This document shows positions 1 through 8,433 of a stretch of 64,000 nt of DNA, one piece after another (the first letter of the stretch is position 1; the number at the start of each line of letters is the position of its first letter). The stretch spans positions 39,670-103,669 of the forward strand of contig CASFGO010000011.1 of the NCBI GenBank assembly GCA_949294335.1. The letters are read 5' to 3'. The translations under genes and the position numbers were made by a program. The notes below the pieces were generated by a model. It saw only the letters and a list, made by a program, of their open reading frames with translations. It searched no databases and was not told the origin of the DNA. This stretch comes from an uncultured bacterium (GTDB lineage: Bacteria > Cyanobacteriota > Vampirovibrionia > Gastranaerophilales > Gastranaerophilaceae).

Positions 1-914
1 CCATTATTAGTTGTTATATTAGTCTTACCTGTTAATGTTGAATCTGCAACATAAACTGAATTATTTTTATTAGAATTGTTTGCAATTATTTCAATATTTC
101 CATTATTAGTCTTAATTACAGAATTATGATCAACATTTATTGATGCTGAAAAATTGTTATCATCAGCTTTTACACCTGTTATTGAAATAGGAACATTATT
201 TTCATCTTTTTTTACTTCATATCCAATAAAATTAGCACCATCTGTTGTTTTTAAAACAATATTTCCGCCATCTTTTGTAGATGTTAAATTTGCATCATAT
301 ATATCAATACCTTTTGCTAAAATATTAATATTTCCTGCTGAAATATGGCCATCATTTAAAGAAATAATATTAAATTTATCTGAATATGATGCATTATTTA
401 TTAAATCAAGAGCATTGTCTTTACCATAAATAAGCTTACCAGCAGCATCAAAATAACTATTATTATCTATATTATATAAATCTTTAGTTGTAAGAATAAG
501 AGTCCCGTTAGTAACTATTGAAGCTCCAGAACCAGTCATTAACATACCATTAGGGTTTGAAATAATTATTGCCCCTGTTTGACCAGTAATTTGACCTGCA
601 AATGTTGACATGCCATTTAATACATTATTTAAAACTGCATAATTACCATTTAAGAAATTTAAGATTTGGCCACTACCAACATTTAAATGCCCCCAGTTAA
701 TAACAGCATCATCATTAAAATTAAGATTGGCTTCATTGTTACTAGGCTTATCAAAACCAGTAAAACCTCCTGTTGAACTTTCAATATCAGCTCCAGGATT
801 ATTACCAACACCTGGTAAAACTTCACCTGTCATTTCCGCTGCAAATGACAATTGCAAAGTTAACAATGAAAAGCACATAAAACTTGCTATAATTTTCTTT
901 AATAATTTTTCCAT
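1..914 (-). CDS. Filamentous-haemagglutinin-type secreted exoprotein (TPS / haemagglutination-activity domain), N-terminal part; the gene continues past the left window edge
   Basis: The minus-strand frame is open from ATG 914-912 to position 1, and is absent from the ORF track because no stop lies in the window. My translation starts MEKLLKKIIASFMCFSLLTLQLSFAAE (signal peptide). It continues NFNDDAVINWGHLNVGSGQILNFLNGNYAVLNNVLNGMSTFAGQITGQTGAIIISNPNGMLMTGSGASI, matching the TPS-domain pattern (INW..F.IG...F....VLN.V.G...S.I.G.......NPNG). Asn/Gly-rich beta-helix-like sequence follows. Confidence 0.7.
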   Translation of the reverse strand, partial: MEKLLKKIIASFMCFSLLTLQLSFAAEMTGEVLPGVGNNPGADIESSTGGFTGFDKPSNNEANLNFNDDAVINWGHLNVGSGQILNFLNGNYAVLNNVLNGMSTFAGQITGQTGAIIISNPNGMLMTGSGASIVTNGTLILTTKDLYNIDNNSYFDAAGKLIYGKDNALDLINNASYSDKFNIISLNDGHISAGNINILAKGIDIYDANLTSTKDGGNIVLKTTDGANFIGYEVKKDENNVPISITGVKADDNNFSASINVDHNSVIKTNNGNIEIIANNSNKNNSVYVADSTLTGKTNITTNN

Positions 915-1070
915 TCCTACACCCTTTATATTTAATCTATTATTTTATTTCAGCTATTCAACAATGAAAAATTATTCCATTATTGTACAATAATTCTAAC
1001 ATATAAATATCCGTAAATATTTTATTTTGATATTACATGACACTTTTTTTACAAATATTAACACTTACCC

Positions 1071-1113
1071 AAAAAAAGAAGGACAGTTTATAAAAACTGT
1101 CCTTCCTTTTTTT
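1071..1113 (-). terminator. Rho-independent terminator (sequence-symmetric, bidirectional in form) downstream of the 102-aa gene
   Basis: A 10-bp stem gaaggacagt (1078-1087) pairs with actgtccttc (1096-1105) around an 8-nt loop. It is flanked by an A-run on one side and a T-run on the other, 13 nt beyond the stop of the 1126-1434 ORF. Confidence 0.75.
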
Positions 1114-1125
1114 GTAATAAACTTA

Positions 1126-1434
1126 TTACCAAGCAGATCCTTCATCCCAAATTGAGCTATATCTGTCACCACGACCGCCGCCGTAGCCACCATCTCCACC
1201 ACCAAATGATGATGTTGCTTTTAATGATTTTGGATTTTCCATCTTAACAACTGTCATTGATGGTTTTGTGTAATGAAGCAATGCTTTATTTTGATCTGCT
1301 AATGCTTGAGCACCTTTATTTCCTTCAGCAACTTTTGCTGTTGATTTTGCTACTACATTTTTTACTGCTTTAGCTGTTTTTGCTACTGGAGCTTTTACAG
1401 CCATTCCTGCTTTAATTGATTGAACTGTTGGCAT
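1126..1434 (-). CDS. Hypothetical small protein: Lys/Ala-rich N-half, Gly-rich C-tail (GGGDGGYGGGRGDRY...SIWDEGSAW)
   Basis: Strong SD (aaaGGAGGAttataatATG) and its own terminator. No family recognised. Confidence 0.55.
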   Translation of the reverse strand: MPTVQSIKAGMAVKAPVAKTAKAVKNVVAKSTAKVAEGNKGAQALADQNKALLHYTKPSMTVVKMENPKSLKATSSFGGGDGGYGGGRGDRYSSIWDEGSAW

Positions 1435-1555
1435 ATTATAATCCTCCTTTGCCTAATATTATAAATTTCAATATGCTATTGAATTTACTAATATAATAAC
1501 CAAACAAAAAATTATTTGCTATTTTTATTTAATTTTATTTAACAAATCGTAATAA

Positions 1556-2704
1556 TTATAATTTTTTTATTAAAATAGTTGAAATAACAGGAAATATGGC
1601 TAATATAATTAGGACATTTGTTATACCATAATGTTGAGCTGTTACACCTATTAAAGATAACGCTATAGCTACAACTCCCCAGGCAAAACCATTCATGAAT
1701 CCTGCAACAACACTTTTATACTTTGGTAATAATGTCTGCCCCATAACCATTGTAACGGGCTGTGCAAGCATTGTTGTAAACCCAATAATGACAAATGTTA
1801 TTATTGAAAATATTGGATGATGAATATAAGTTATAGAAAACAAAATAATCAATGGAAGAGTTGCGGTCATGGAAAAATATAATAATTGTTTTGTTCCTAA
1901 AAACAACTCAATTTTATGGCTACATAAAGATCCAAAACCACCTGCTATTATAAATAAGAACAAAGCTATTCCAATATAAAATGGAGAATACCCCATATCT
2001 TTCCATAAAAAAGGCAACAAAGTACAACAACTTGTTGTTACTAAAACCTTCATCATAGATATTATCATTAAATAGTTCATTTTTTTATTGGTTAAAATGG
2101 TATAAAAAGTATCTTTGAATGTTTTATATTCTGGTTTTTTCTCGACATTTGAAAGCTTTGGAACAAACATAAACATAGTTAATGCCAAAAATAAACCAAT
2201 GATAGACAATATAGGCATACTTTCCATGCCCAAATACTGAGTAACAGAGGCCGCAATTAAAGGTCCGAAAGAATATCCAATAGAACCCATACTTATAAAA
2301 AAACCCATATCATCTGCACAAGTATTATTAATTGTTGCAAATCTATTTACAAAACCACTTGCTTGAGGGTGATAAAAACTACTTCCTAAACTTCCCAATA
2401 CCATAAATAATATCAAATAATAAACACTTTTAGATAATGGAGTCAAAGGAATAAATATTGAACTGAGAATTAACCCCCAAAATATAAAAACTCGTTTAAG
2501 CATGTTATCTGCAAAAAAACCAAATATTGGTTGCAATAATGAAGAAAAAATATTTGAAATACTTATTACTACTGTCGCCATTGCTAAACTAATACCTAAT
2601 TTCGCTGCGATAAAAGGCATGATTGGATTTAATATCCCTGTATATATGTCATTTACAAAATGTCCTGCAGATAACCATTTTACTGCCATTTTATTTTTGT
2701 TCAT
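1556..2704 (-). CDS. MFS transporter (Fsr/fosmidomycin-resistance-like subfamily)
   Basis: 382 aa and about 12 hydrophobic segments. The N-terminus LSAGHFVNDIYTGILNPIMPFIAAKLGISL...LLQPIFGFFADN is typical of Fsr-type MFS. SD AAGGTGAG precedes the ATG, and the start lies 8 nt after the ADH stop (operon). Confidence 0.8.
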   Translation of the reverse strand: MNKNKMAVKWLSAGHFVNDIYTGILNPIMPFIAAKLGISLAMATVVISISNIFSSLLQPIFGFFADNMLKRVFIFWGLILSSIFIPLTPLSKSVYYLILFMVLGSLGSSFYHPQASGFVNRFATINNTCADDMGFFISMGSIGYSFGPLIAASVTQYLGMESMPILSIIGLFLALTMFMFVPKLSNVEKKPEYKTFKDTFYTILTNKKMNYLMIISMMKVLVTTSCCTLLPFLWKDMGYSPFYIGIALFLFIIAGGFGSLCSHKIELFLGTKQLLYFSMTATLPLIILFSITYIHHPIFSIITFVIIGFTTMLAQPVTMVMGQTLLPKYKSVVAGFMNGFAWGVVAIALSLIGVTAQHYGITNVLIILAIFPVISTILIKKL

Positions 2705-2712
2705 GACTCACC

Positions 2713-3684
2713 TTAAAACTTTAATAATACTTTGATTGTATCTTTATCTTTATTCGCATTAAATGCCTTCTCAGCATCATCAATTGAATAAATATTTGAT
2801 ATAAATGATGAAAAATCAATTCTTTGATTCTTCAACAATCTTAATGCTGGACCAAATTGACCACAACGAGATCCTAGAACTGTTATTTCATTAATTACAA
2901 TAGGTGCAAGATTCAATTCCTTGCCTGTTGCGATTGTACTTTTTAGAACCAACACACCTCTTGGTTTTACTAGATTCAATGAAGTTTCAAAACCAGAAAC
3001 AGACCCTGTAGCTTCAACAACAACGTCATAATTATTTGAAATTTCAGCATTTTCAAGTAATTTAACTTTTACGCCTTGATTTTTTGCAATATCAAGTTTA
3101 TTTTCATGCTTTCCTATCAACGTAACATCTAAATTTTGAGCATTTAATGTTAAGGCTATTGTTAAACCTAATTTTCCATCTCCTAAAACTGCAACTTTTT
3201 GACTTGGATCAATATGTAATTGCTCAGTAATTTCACATGCTGCTGCTAATGGTTCGACAAATACTGCTTGTTCATCAGATACATTTTCTGGGACTTCAAA
3301 TAAAATATTAGTAGGCAATGTTATATATTCTGCGAAACATCCATCTTTTTTCCAAATGCCTATAGTATGACGATTTGGACAATGCCTATAATTTTTTATA
3401 GCGCACCAAGGACATTCTGGATCATTACACCCATAACTTATTTCTGCGACAACCCTTTTACCGACCAATGACTTATCATCTGAATTTACATCTTCTACTA
3501 TGCCAACAAATTCGTGACCTAATATACCATTATACCCCATATAACCTTTTACTATTTCTGCATCGGTATTACAAATGCCTGCTAATGAAACTTTTATTAA
3601 AGCTTCATCTTTTTGTGGTATTGGTTTTAAATAATCATTTTTTAGTATTAAACCTTCTTCATTATTAAAAATTAGTGCTTTCAT
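2713..3684 (-). CDS. Zinc-dependent alcohol dehydrogenase (MDR superfamily)
   Basis: Catalytic Zn motifs GICNTDAEI and GHEFVG, a structural-Zn Cys cluster CNDPECPWCAIKNYRHC, and a Rossmann motif VAVLGDGKLG. Start moved to MKALIF (ATG 3684-3682), which is preceded by AAGGAG. The track's longer start lacks an SD. Confidence 0.85.
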   Translation of the reverse strand: MKALIFNNEEGLILKNDYLKPIPQKDEALIKVSLAGICNTDAEIVKGYMGYNGILGHEFVGIVEDVNSDDKSLVGKRVVAEISYGCNDPECPWCAIKNYRHCPNRHTIGIWKKDGCFAEYITLPTNILFEVPENVSDEQAVFVEPLAAACEITEQLHIDPSQKVAVLGDGKLGLTIALTLNAQNLDVTLIGKHENKLDIAKNQGVKVKLLENAEISNNYDVVVEATGSVSGFETSLNLVKPRGVLVLKSTIATGKELNLAPIVINEITVLGSRCGQFGPALRLLKNQRIDFSSFISNIYSIDDAEKAFNANKDKDTIKVLLKF

Positions 3685-3771
3685 CTTCTTATACTCCTTT
3701 TTCTTAATTGTAAACCAACGCAATTTAAAAGTCTAATAATACTCCAATTGGTTTAATTTTTTCTATATAAT

Positions 3772-3798
3772 TAAATTTGTACAATTTATTGCCGTAGC
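3772..3798 (+). promoter_or_regulatory. Candidate sigma-28 (FliA)-type promoter upstream of motA
   Basis: TAAA (3772-3775), then 15 nt, then GCCGTAGC (3791-3798), against the consensus TAAA-N15-GCCGATAA. The -35 and the first four -10 bases match. It sits 33 nt upstream of the motA ATG. Confidence 0.35.
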
Positions 3799-3831
3799 AA
3801 AAATAGACTACATTTAATTGGAGCAGACATT

Positions 3832-4599
3832 ATGGATATTTTTGCAATAATAGGTTTATTTTTAGGACTTGGCTTTATCTTAGTTGGACAAGCACTTGAA
3901 GGTGGTAACATCGGACAGTTAATTCAAATAACTGCAGCATTTATTGTTTTAGGAGGTACATCTGGAGGTATTGTTTTAAGTTTTCCTCCTAGTGTGTTAA
4001 GAGATGCAGTTATGCTATTTAAGGATATTATATTTCCTCCTAAGGTTGATTTACAAGGTTTAATTACAGAAATTGTTAATTTTTCTACAAAAGCAAGAAA
4101 AGAAGGAGTTATTGCGCTAGAAAAAGAAGCAATAAATGCTTCTGATCCACTACTTAGATTTGGACTTGAAATCGTTGCAGATGGTACTGACCCAACACTT
4201 GTTCGCTCGATGCTTGAAACACAACTTGAGCAATTAGAAAATAAAGTCATGTCAGCCGCTAAAGTTTATGAAGCTTTCGGAGGCTTTTCACCAACTCTTG
4301 GTATTGTTGGTGCTGTAATGGGACTTATACAAGTTATGCAAAATTTATCAGATCCTTCTAAACTTGGAGAAGGCATAGCTGTTGCTTTCGTTGCAACAAT
4401 TTATGGTTTAGTAGCTGCTAACTTATACATGATTCCTTGCTTTAACAGATTAAAAGGTATTTATGCAAAAGTATTTTTAGCAAAAAATGTTATGATTGAA
4501 GGGGTTCTTGCAATACAAGCAGGTGAAAGCCCTACACTTATTTCAAGAAAATTAGGCGCATTCATTTTGGGTGCAAGAACAAACGAAAATCAAAACTAA
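3832..4599 (+). CDS. motA: Flagellar motor stator protein MotA/PomA
   Basis: 255 aa with four TM segments and the conserved C-terminal MotA/TolQ/ExbB channel region (GGFSPTLGIVGAVMGLI...AFVATIYGLVAANLYMIP). GGAG SD. Confidence 0.9.
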   Translation: MDIFAIIGLFLGLGFILVGQALEGGNIGQLIQITAAFIVLGGTSGGIVLSFPPSVLRDAVMLFKDIIFPPKVDLQGLITEIVNFSTKARKEGVIALEKEAINASDPLLRFGLEIVADGTDPTLVRSMLETQLEQLENKVMSAAKVYEAFGGFSPTLGIVGAVMGLIQVMQNLSDPSKLGEGIAVAFVATIYGLVAANLYMIPCFNRLKGIYAKVFLAKNVMIEGVLAIQAGESPTLISRKLGAFILGARTNENQN

Positions 4600-4611
4600 A
4601 GGATAAAATAA

Positions 4612-5664
4612 ATGGCTAAAAAAAACAAAGCACCTGAACACGAAAATTTAGAACGTTGGCTAGTTTCATATGCCGACTTTATAACATTGTTATTTGCTAC
4701 ATTTGTTGTTTTATATGCTCTTTCACAAACTGATGTAGCAGAACTTAGTAAAATTGATGAATCATTACAAAAAGCTTTTTCTCAAGTTTCTATTCTACAA
4801 GGAAACGATGGAGTTCTTGATTCTGGACAAAGTATACTTGATTCTTCTTCTGGAAATGCATTTATTCAAGAACTTATGGCTGAATATATAAGTGCTAAAT
4901 ATGAATCTCAATCTTTTGAACAAATTGAAAAATCTATTAACGAATTAAAAAAAGATGGTGAAATAGATGGAGTACAAGCTGAAATAACAGATCAAGGTTT
5001 ACTTATTTCTTTTGACGAAAAATATCTATTTAGCTCTGGTTCTGCTGAACTTACTCCTCAAGCAAAAAAACTTATTGATAAAATAGGAGTTTTAATATAT
5101 GAAAAATTTGTAATGCATTGTATTAGAATTGAAGGACATACTGATAGCATGCCTATATCCTCGGCTAAATATCCTTCTAATTGGGAATTATCTAGTGCAA
5201 GAGCGTGTACAATTGTTAGATACATGATTAATAGATTCAAGTTCAACCCTAAACTCTTTACAGCAGTTGGATTTGCAGATACTAGACCCGTTAAAAATGC
5301 AAACAAAAATATTGCACTAAATAGACGAGTTGAAATTATGGTTCTTAAAAATAAATTTAACGCTCTAGAAAAAGCAGAAAATCCCGTTCTTTCTATGAGT
5401 AAAGAAGAACAAGTTGAACTTCAATCTAAAAGAAAAGAACTCGTTTCACAAATAAAATCTGAACATAATATTTCACCTGCAGCAAAAGCCCTTATGAACA
5501 CATCTAAAATGGATAAAAAGAAAATTATTGACATGAGAAATTATGCAGAAAGTCAAGGTATTAAATTAGATAATAAAGATTTATATAATAGCCTTGAACA
5601 ACCTAAACATAATAATATAACTCTTGATAAACAGTTACCACAAAATGAAGATTTTGAACTATGA
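4612..5664 (+). CDS. motB: Flagellar motor stator protein MotB (OmpA-like peptidoglycan-binding domain) with a roughly 100-aa Lys-rich C-terminal extension
   Basis: N-terminal WLVSYADFITLLFATFVVLYAL carries the conserved plug/TM Asp. The OmpA-like domain shows IEGHTDS...SNWELSSARA...GFADTRP...NRRVEI. Adjacent to motA. Confidence 0.85.
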   Translation: MAKKNKAPEHENLERWLVSYADFITLLFATFVVLYALSQTDVAELSKIDESLQKAFSQVSILQGNDGVLDSGQSILDSSSGNAFIQELMAEYISAKYESQSFEQIEKSINELKKDGEIDGVQAEITDQGLLISFDEKYLFSSGSAELTPQAKKLIDKIGVLIYEKFVMHCIRIEGHTDSMPISSAKYPSNWELSSARACTIVRYMINRFKFNPKLFTAVGFADTRPVKNANKNIALNRRVEIMVLKNKFNALEKAENPVLSMSKEEQVELQSKRKELVSQIKSEHNISPAAKALMNTSKMDKKKIIDMRNYAESQGIKLDNKDLYNSLEQPKHNNITLDKQLPQNEDFEL

Positions 5665-6308
5665 TTGAATATTATATAGGATTATCATTAGCACCATCAG
5701 CAACAATTGAAACTGGTATAGCAGTATTAGATACCAATAATACTTTAATTCTTGTTGATAAATTTTTTACAATGAAAGATGTGCAACATTTTTTTGATAA
5801 TTATTCTTCATTAAAATATTCTAAAATATGCGTATCTCTACCTTGGGATAACACACTAATGACAGGTAAATGGCGTATACTATCAAAACCATATCAATTA
5901 ATTAATACAACCAATAAACTTGACTTTATTAATGTTGATAACTGGACGCAACGTTTCTCTACAAGAGGTTGTGATTACTTTTCTAACCTTGTAGAAAATG
6001 GAATAGAAATCTCAAGATATGATTTATATTTATCAAAATTAAAATTAAACTTATACTCTAACTACAAACAACGGTCTCCCGCTGATTGCAAGTTTTTACA
6101 AAACATTCTTAAAACAGAATTTGGATTTAATGATATACCAACAAACATGATTCCAGCAGGAGCTCTTGAAGCAATGATTGGTGCAATTGTTGCAAGAGAA
6201 AAAGCTCTTGGAAACTTTGAAACTCTTTATAAATTTAAAGGACTTGATGTTGTAAATGTACTTGATGCTGATTTAGTTTATAAAGCTCCTTTAGCCCCTC
6301 TAGAGTAA
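5661..6308 (+). CDS. Hypothetical protein, possibly a DUF429-type RNase H-fold protein
   Basis: ATGA start/stop overlap with motB (5661-5664). IGLSLAPSATIETGIAVLD resembles the first acidic strand of the RNase H fold, followed by ICVSLPWDN, STRGCDYF and GALEAMIGAIVA. The resemblance to DUF429 is from memory only. Confidence 0.45.
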   Translation: MIEYYIGLSLAPSATIETGIAVLDTNNTLILVDKFFTMKDVQHFFDNYSSLKYSKICVSLPWDNTLMTGKWRILSKPYQLINTTNKLDFINVDNWTQRFSTRGCDYFSNLVENGIEISRYDLYLSKLKLNLYSNYKQRSPADCKFLQNILKTEFGFNDIPTNMIPAGALEAMIGAIVAREKALGNFETLYKFKGLDVVNVLDADLVYKAPLAPLE

Positions 6309-7017
6309 GAGTAGGGTTTACATAATCAAATTTTCTACTCATATAATTTGATATTAAACCAGATAACCCTCCTGTTGCAACTATAGTTGCTTTTTCTCCA
6401 AGCTCATTTTCACATTGTGATATTAAGCCTTCTACCATACAAGCAGTCCCGCGTATTACTCCTGATAATATTGCATCTATTGTATTATCACCTATTGCTG
6501 TTTCAGAAATTGTTGCATCTAAATTAGGCAGTTTTGATGTACATTTACTCAAAGAATTTAGCTGAGTCTTAATACCTGGAGCAATCACCCCACCTACAAA
6601 TTCTCCTTCTTTATTTACAATATCAAAAGTATTAGCAGTTCCAAAATCAACAACAATAACCGGTAATTTATATAATCTTGATGCTGCAATTCCATTTGCT
6701 ATTCTATCAGCGCCAATTTCATTATTATCTTTAAGTTTTAATTTGATACCTATATCTAAATTAGTTGATAAAATCAAACCCTCTACAGAATAAATGGACT
6801 TAACAGCCTCAAATAAGGTCTTATCAAGCCCGTTCACAACAGATGCAATTATACAATCTGTTACTTTAATATCTCCAACTGTATCAAATAGCAACTGCTC
6901 ATATTTTTTGTTAGAAAAATGAATATTTGAAGGTATTCGTTTTATTTCTAACAATTTATCATTACTATAGATACCAATCGTTATACTTGTATTTCCAATA
7001 TCTAATGCTAATAACAT
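6235..7017 (-). CDS. coaX: Type III pantothenate kinase
   Basis: MLLALDIGNTSITIG, VVDFGTANTFD and ATGGLS are ASKHA-fold CoaX motifs. 260 aa. Confidence 0.9.
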   Translation of the reverse strand: MLLALDIGNTSITIGIYSNDKLLEIKRIPSNIHFSNKKYEQLLFDTVGDIKVTDCIIASVVNGLDKTLFEAVKSIYSVEGLILSTNLDIGIKLKLKDNNEIGADRIANGIAASRLYKLPVIVVDFGTANTFDIVNKEGEFVGGVIAPGIKTQLNSLSKCTSKLPNLDATISETAIGDNTIDAILSGVIRGTACMVEGLISQCENELGEKATIVATGGLSGLISNYMSRKFDYVNPTLTLEGLKELYKLNQHQVHLQHQVL

Positions 7018-7070
7018 ACCTAACCCTTTATGGGTTTATTGTATATCAAACATTATTATTGTAAATATTA

Positions 7071-7289
7071 TTAGCTATTAAATGCTGATGATGAACTATT
7101 CGTTGCATCAGATGCTGTTGGATTCATTATTCCTTGCGAAAGCAAATTGCCAAGTTGACTTACAAAATGAGCCAATGGATTTGTTGATTTTCTTATTGGG
7201 TCATCCTCTTCGTCTTTATCTTTACGTATAATTACTCCTCCAGAATAATCAAATCTTGAACCTGTTGATTGTACGCCATCATATCTCAT
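7071..7289 (-). CDS. Hypothetical 72-aa protein
   Basis: Strong SD (GGAGGA, 6-nt spacer) before the ATG at 7289. No family recognised. Confidence 0.5.
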   Translation of the reverse strand: MRYDGVQSTGSRFDYSGGVIIRKDKDEEDDPIRKSTNPLAHFVSQLGNLLSQGIMNPTASDATNSSSSAFNS

Positions 7290-7393
7290 AGGTTATCCTC
7301 CGTAAAATAAGGGTTACATATATATAAAGTATATACTTTTTAAATAATTGCCTTATTTTGGATATGTACAGTTACAAATGTTTACATTAATTA

Positions 7394-8065
7394 TTATAGG
7401 TAGTTAGCAAGTATTGATCTTACGTAGTTTTGAGTTTCTTTATATGGAGGAACACCATCATATTTTTTTACTGCATTTGGACCTGCATTATATGCAGCTA
7501 ATGCTAAAATTATATTTCCATTAAATCTATCTAGCATAGATTTAACATACTTAACTCCACCTTCAATATTTTGTCTTACATCCATTGGATCTGTTACACC
7601 TAGTCCTTTTGCTGTTGATGGCATTAATTGCATTAATCCTAAAGCTCCTGCTTTTGATTTTGCATTTGGATTAAATCCTGATTCTTGTTTTACTAAAGCT
7701 TCAATTAATTTTGGATCAACATCATATTTATTTGAAACTTCGTTTATAATTCCTAATATCTCAGTTTTAGAAGGTCTTTTTGAAATATTAATATTTGAAG
7801 GTATCCCTGGATTGTATAAAGAAGCATTTACTTTTTCTGCTGCTTTATTTTTTAATAACATTCCAAATTGAGATTTAGCAGTTGATTTTAGAACATTATC
7901 AAATGATTGAACAGAATCTTTTGGAGGTAAATTGATTTGATTATTTTTTACAATTGCCTGCTGACCAGTCAAACTATTAACATAATTATTCATTTGAGTA
8001 TAACGTTGCATAGCTTTAGCTTGTCCGCTTGAATTTAATAACCCTTGTAACATTTCTGAAAACAT
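7394..8065 (-). CDS. Lytic transglycosylase (SLT domain, GH23)
   Basis: LVKQESGFNPNAKSKAGALGLMQLMPSTA...AYNAGPNAV is the classic SLT catalytic Glu-Ser and AYNAG motif set. The N-terminal roughly 95 aa are low-complexity and show no obvious signal peptide. Confidence 0.85.
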   Translation of the reverse strand: MFSEMLQGLLNSSGQAKAMQRYTQMNNYVNSLTGQQAIVKNNQINLPPKDSVQSFDNVLKSTAKSQFGMLLKNKAAEKVNASLYNPGIPSNINISKRPSKTEILGIINEVSNKYDVDPKLIEALVKQESGFNPNAKSKAGALGLMQLMPSTAKGLGVTDPMDVRQNIEGGVKYVKSMLDRFNGNIILALAAYNAGPNAVKKYDGVPPYKETQNYVRSILANYL

Positions 8066-8157
8066 GTACCTTACCTCACCTCAATTAAGATGACGACCTC
8101 TTAACAGATATCTTTAATACACACGTTTAAATATCCACTAAATGTATTAAGGATTTT

Positions 8158-8367
8158 CTAAAAAATGTCAAACTTAGGTATATAAATATAAGATTTTTTT
8201 AAATATGGAGTTATAAATATATTCTCCCGATTAAGGAATATATTCTGCCCGTTGTCAATATCTCCGGAACAATAAGTTGAGGTATCAATTGAGCAGGCAG
8301 AATATACGGGAGATAAAATCCCTAATAAGCAGACGATTAATAATACTTTCATACTTCCTGTATTCAT
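8158..8367 (-). CDS. Hypothetical small secreted protein (start uncertain: 8367 or 8352)
   Basis: Signal-peptide-like MKVLLIVCLLGILSPVYSA|C. SD support is weak and no homology was recognised. Confidence 0.35.
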   Translation of the reverse strand: MNTGSMKVLLIVCLLGILSPVYSACSIDTSTYCSGDIDNGQNIFLNRENIFITPYLKKSYIYIPKFDIF

Positions 8368-8433
8368 ATTTTAAGGATACACGAAGTTTTTTGTTTAATA
8401 ATCTACAACTTAACTAATACATTGTGGGGATAT

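Noticed and set aside
154-993. Plus-strand ORFs 154-429 and 727-993 from the ORF track
   Set aside because: They lie antisense to the open TPS-exoprotein frame. Their composition is the low-complexity Ile/Phe/Ser-rich type typical of shadow ORFs in AT-rich DNA, with no SD.
3832-5664. The MotA/MotB pair as the ZorA/ZorB core of a Zorya-type defence system
   Set aside because: MotA is 255 aa with the ordinary four-TM flagellar stator layout and lacks the long C-terminal coiled-coil tail that characterises ZorA. There are no ZorC/D/E-like helicase or HNH genes nearby. A sigma-28-like promoter fits a flagellar class III gene. Only the coupled DUF429-like ORF is kept as a low-key finding.
7326-7339. 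A perfect 14-nt palindrome AAAGTATATACTTT between the SLT gene and the 72-aa ORF, superficially similar to the 60546 palindrome
   Set aside because: It is pure A/T apart from one G:C pair per arm, and its core spacing differs (GTATATAC versus GTATAC). Sequences like this are expected by chance in DNA of this composition. It is too weak to call as a terminator or operator.
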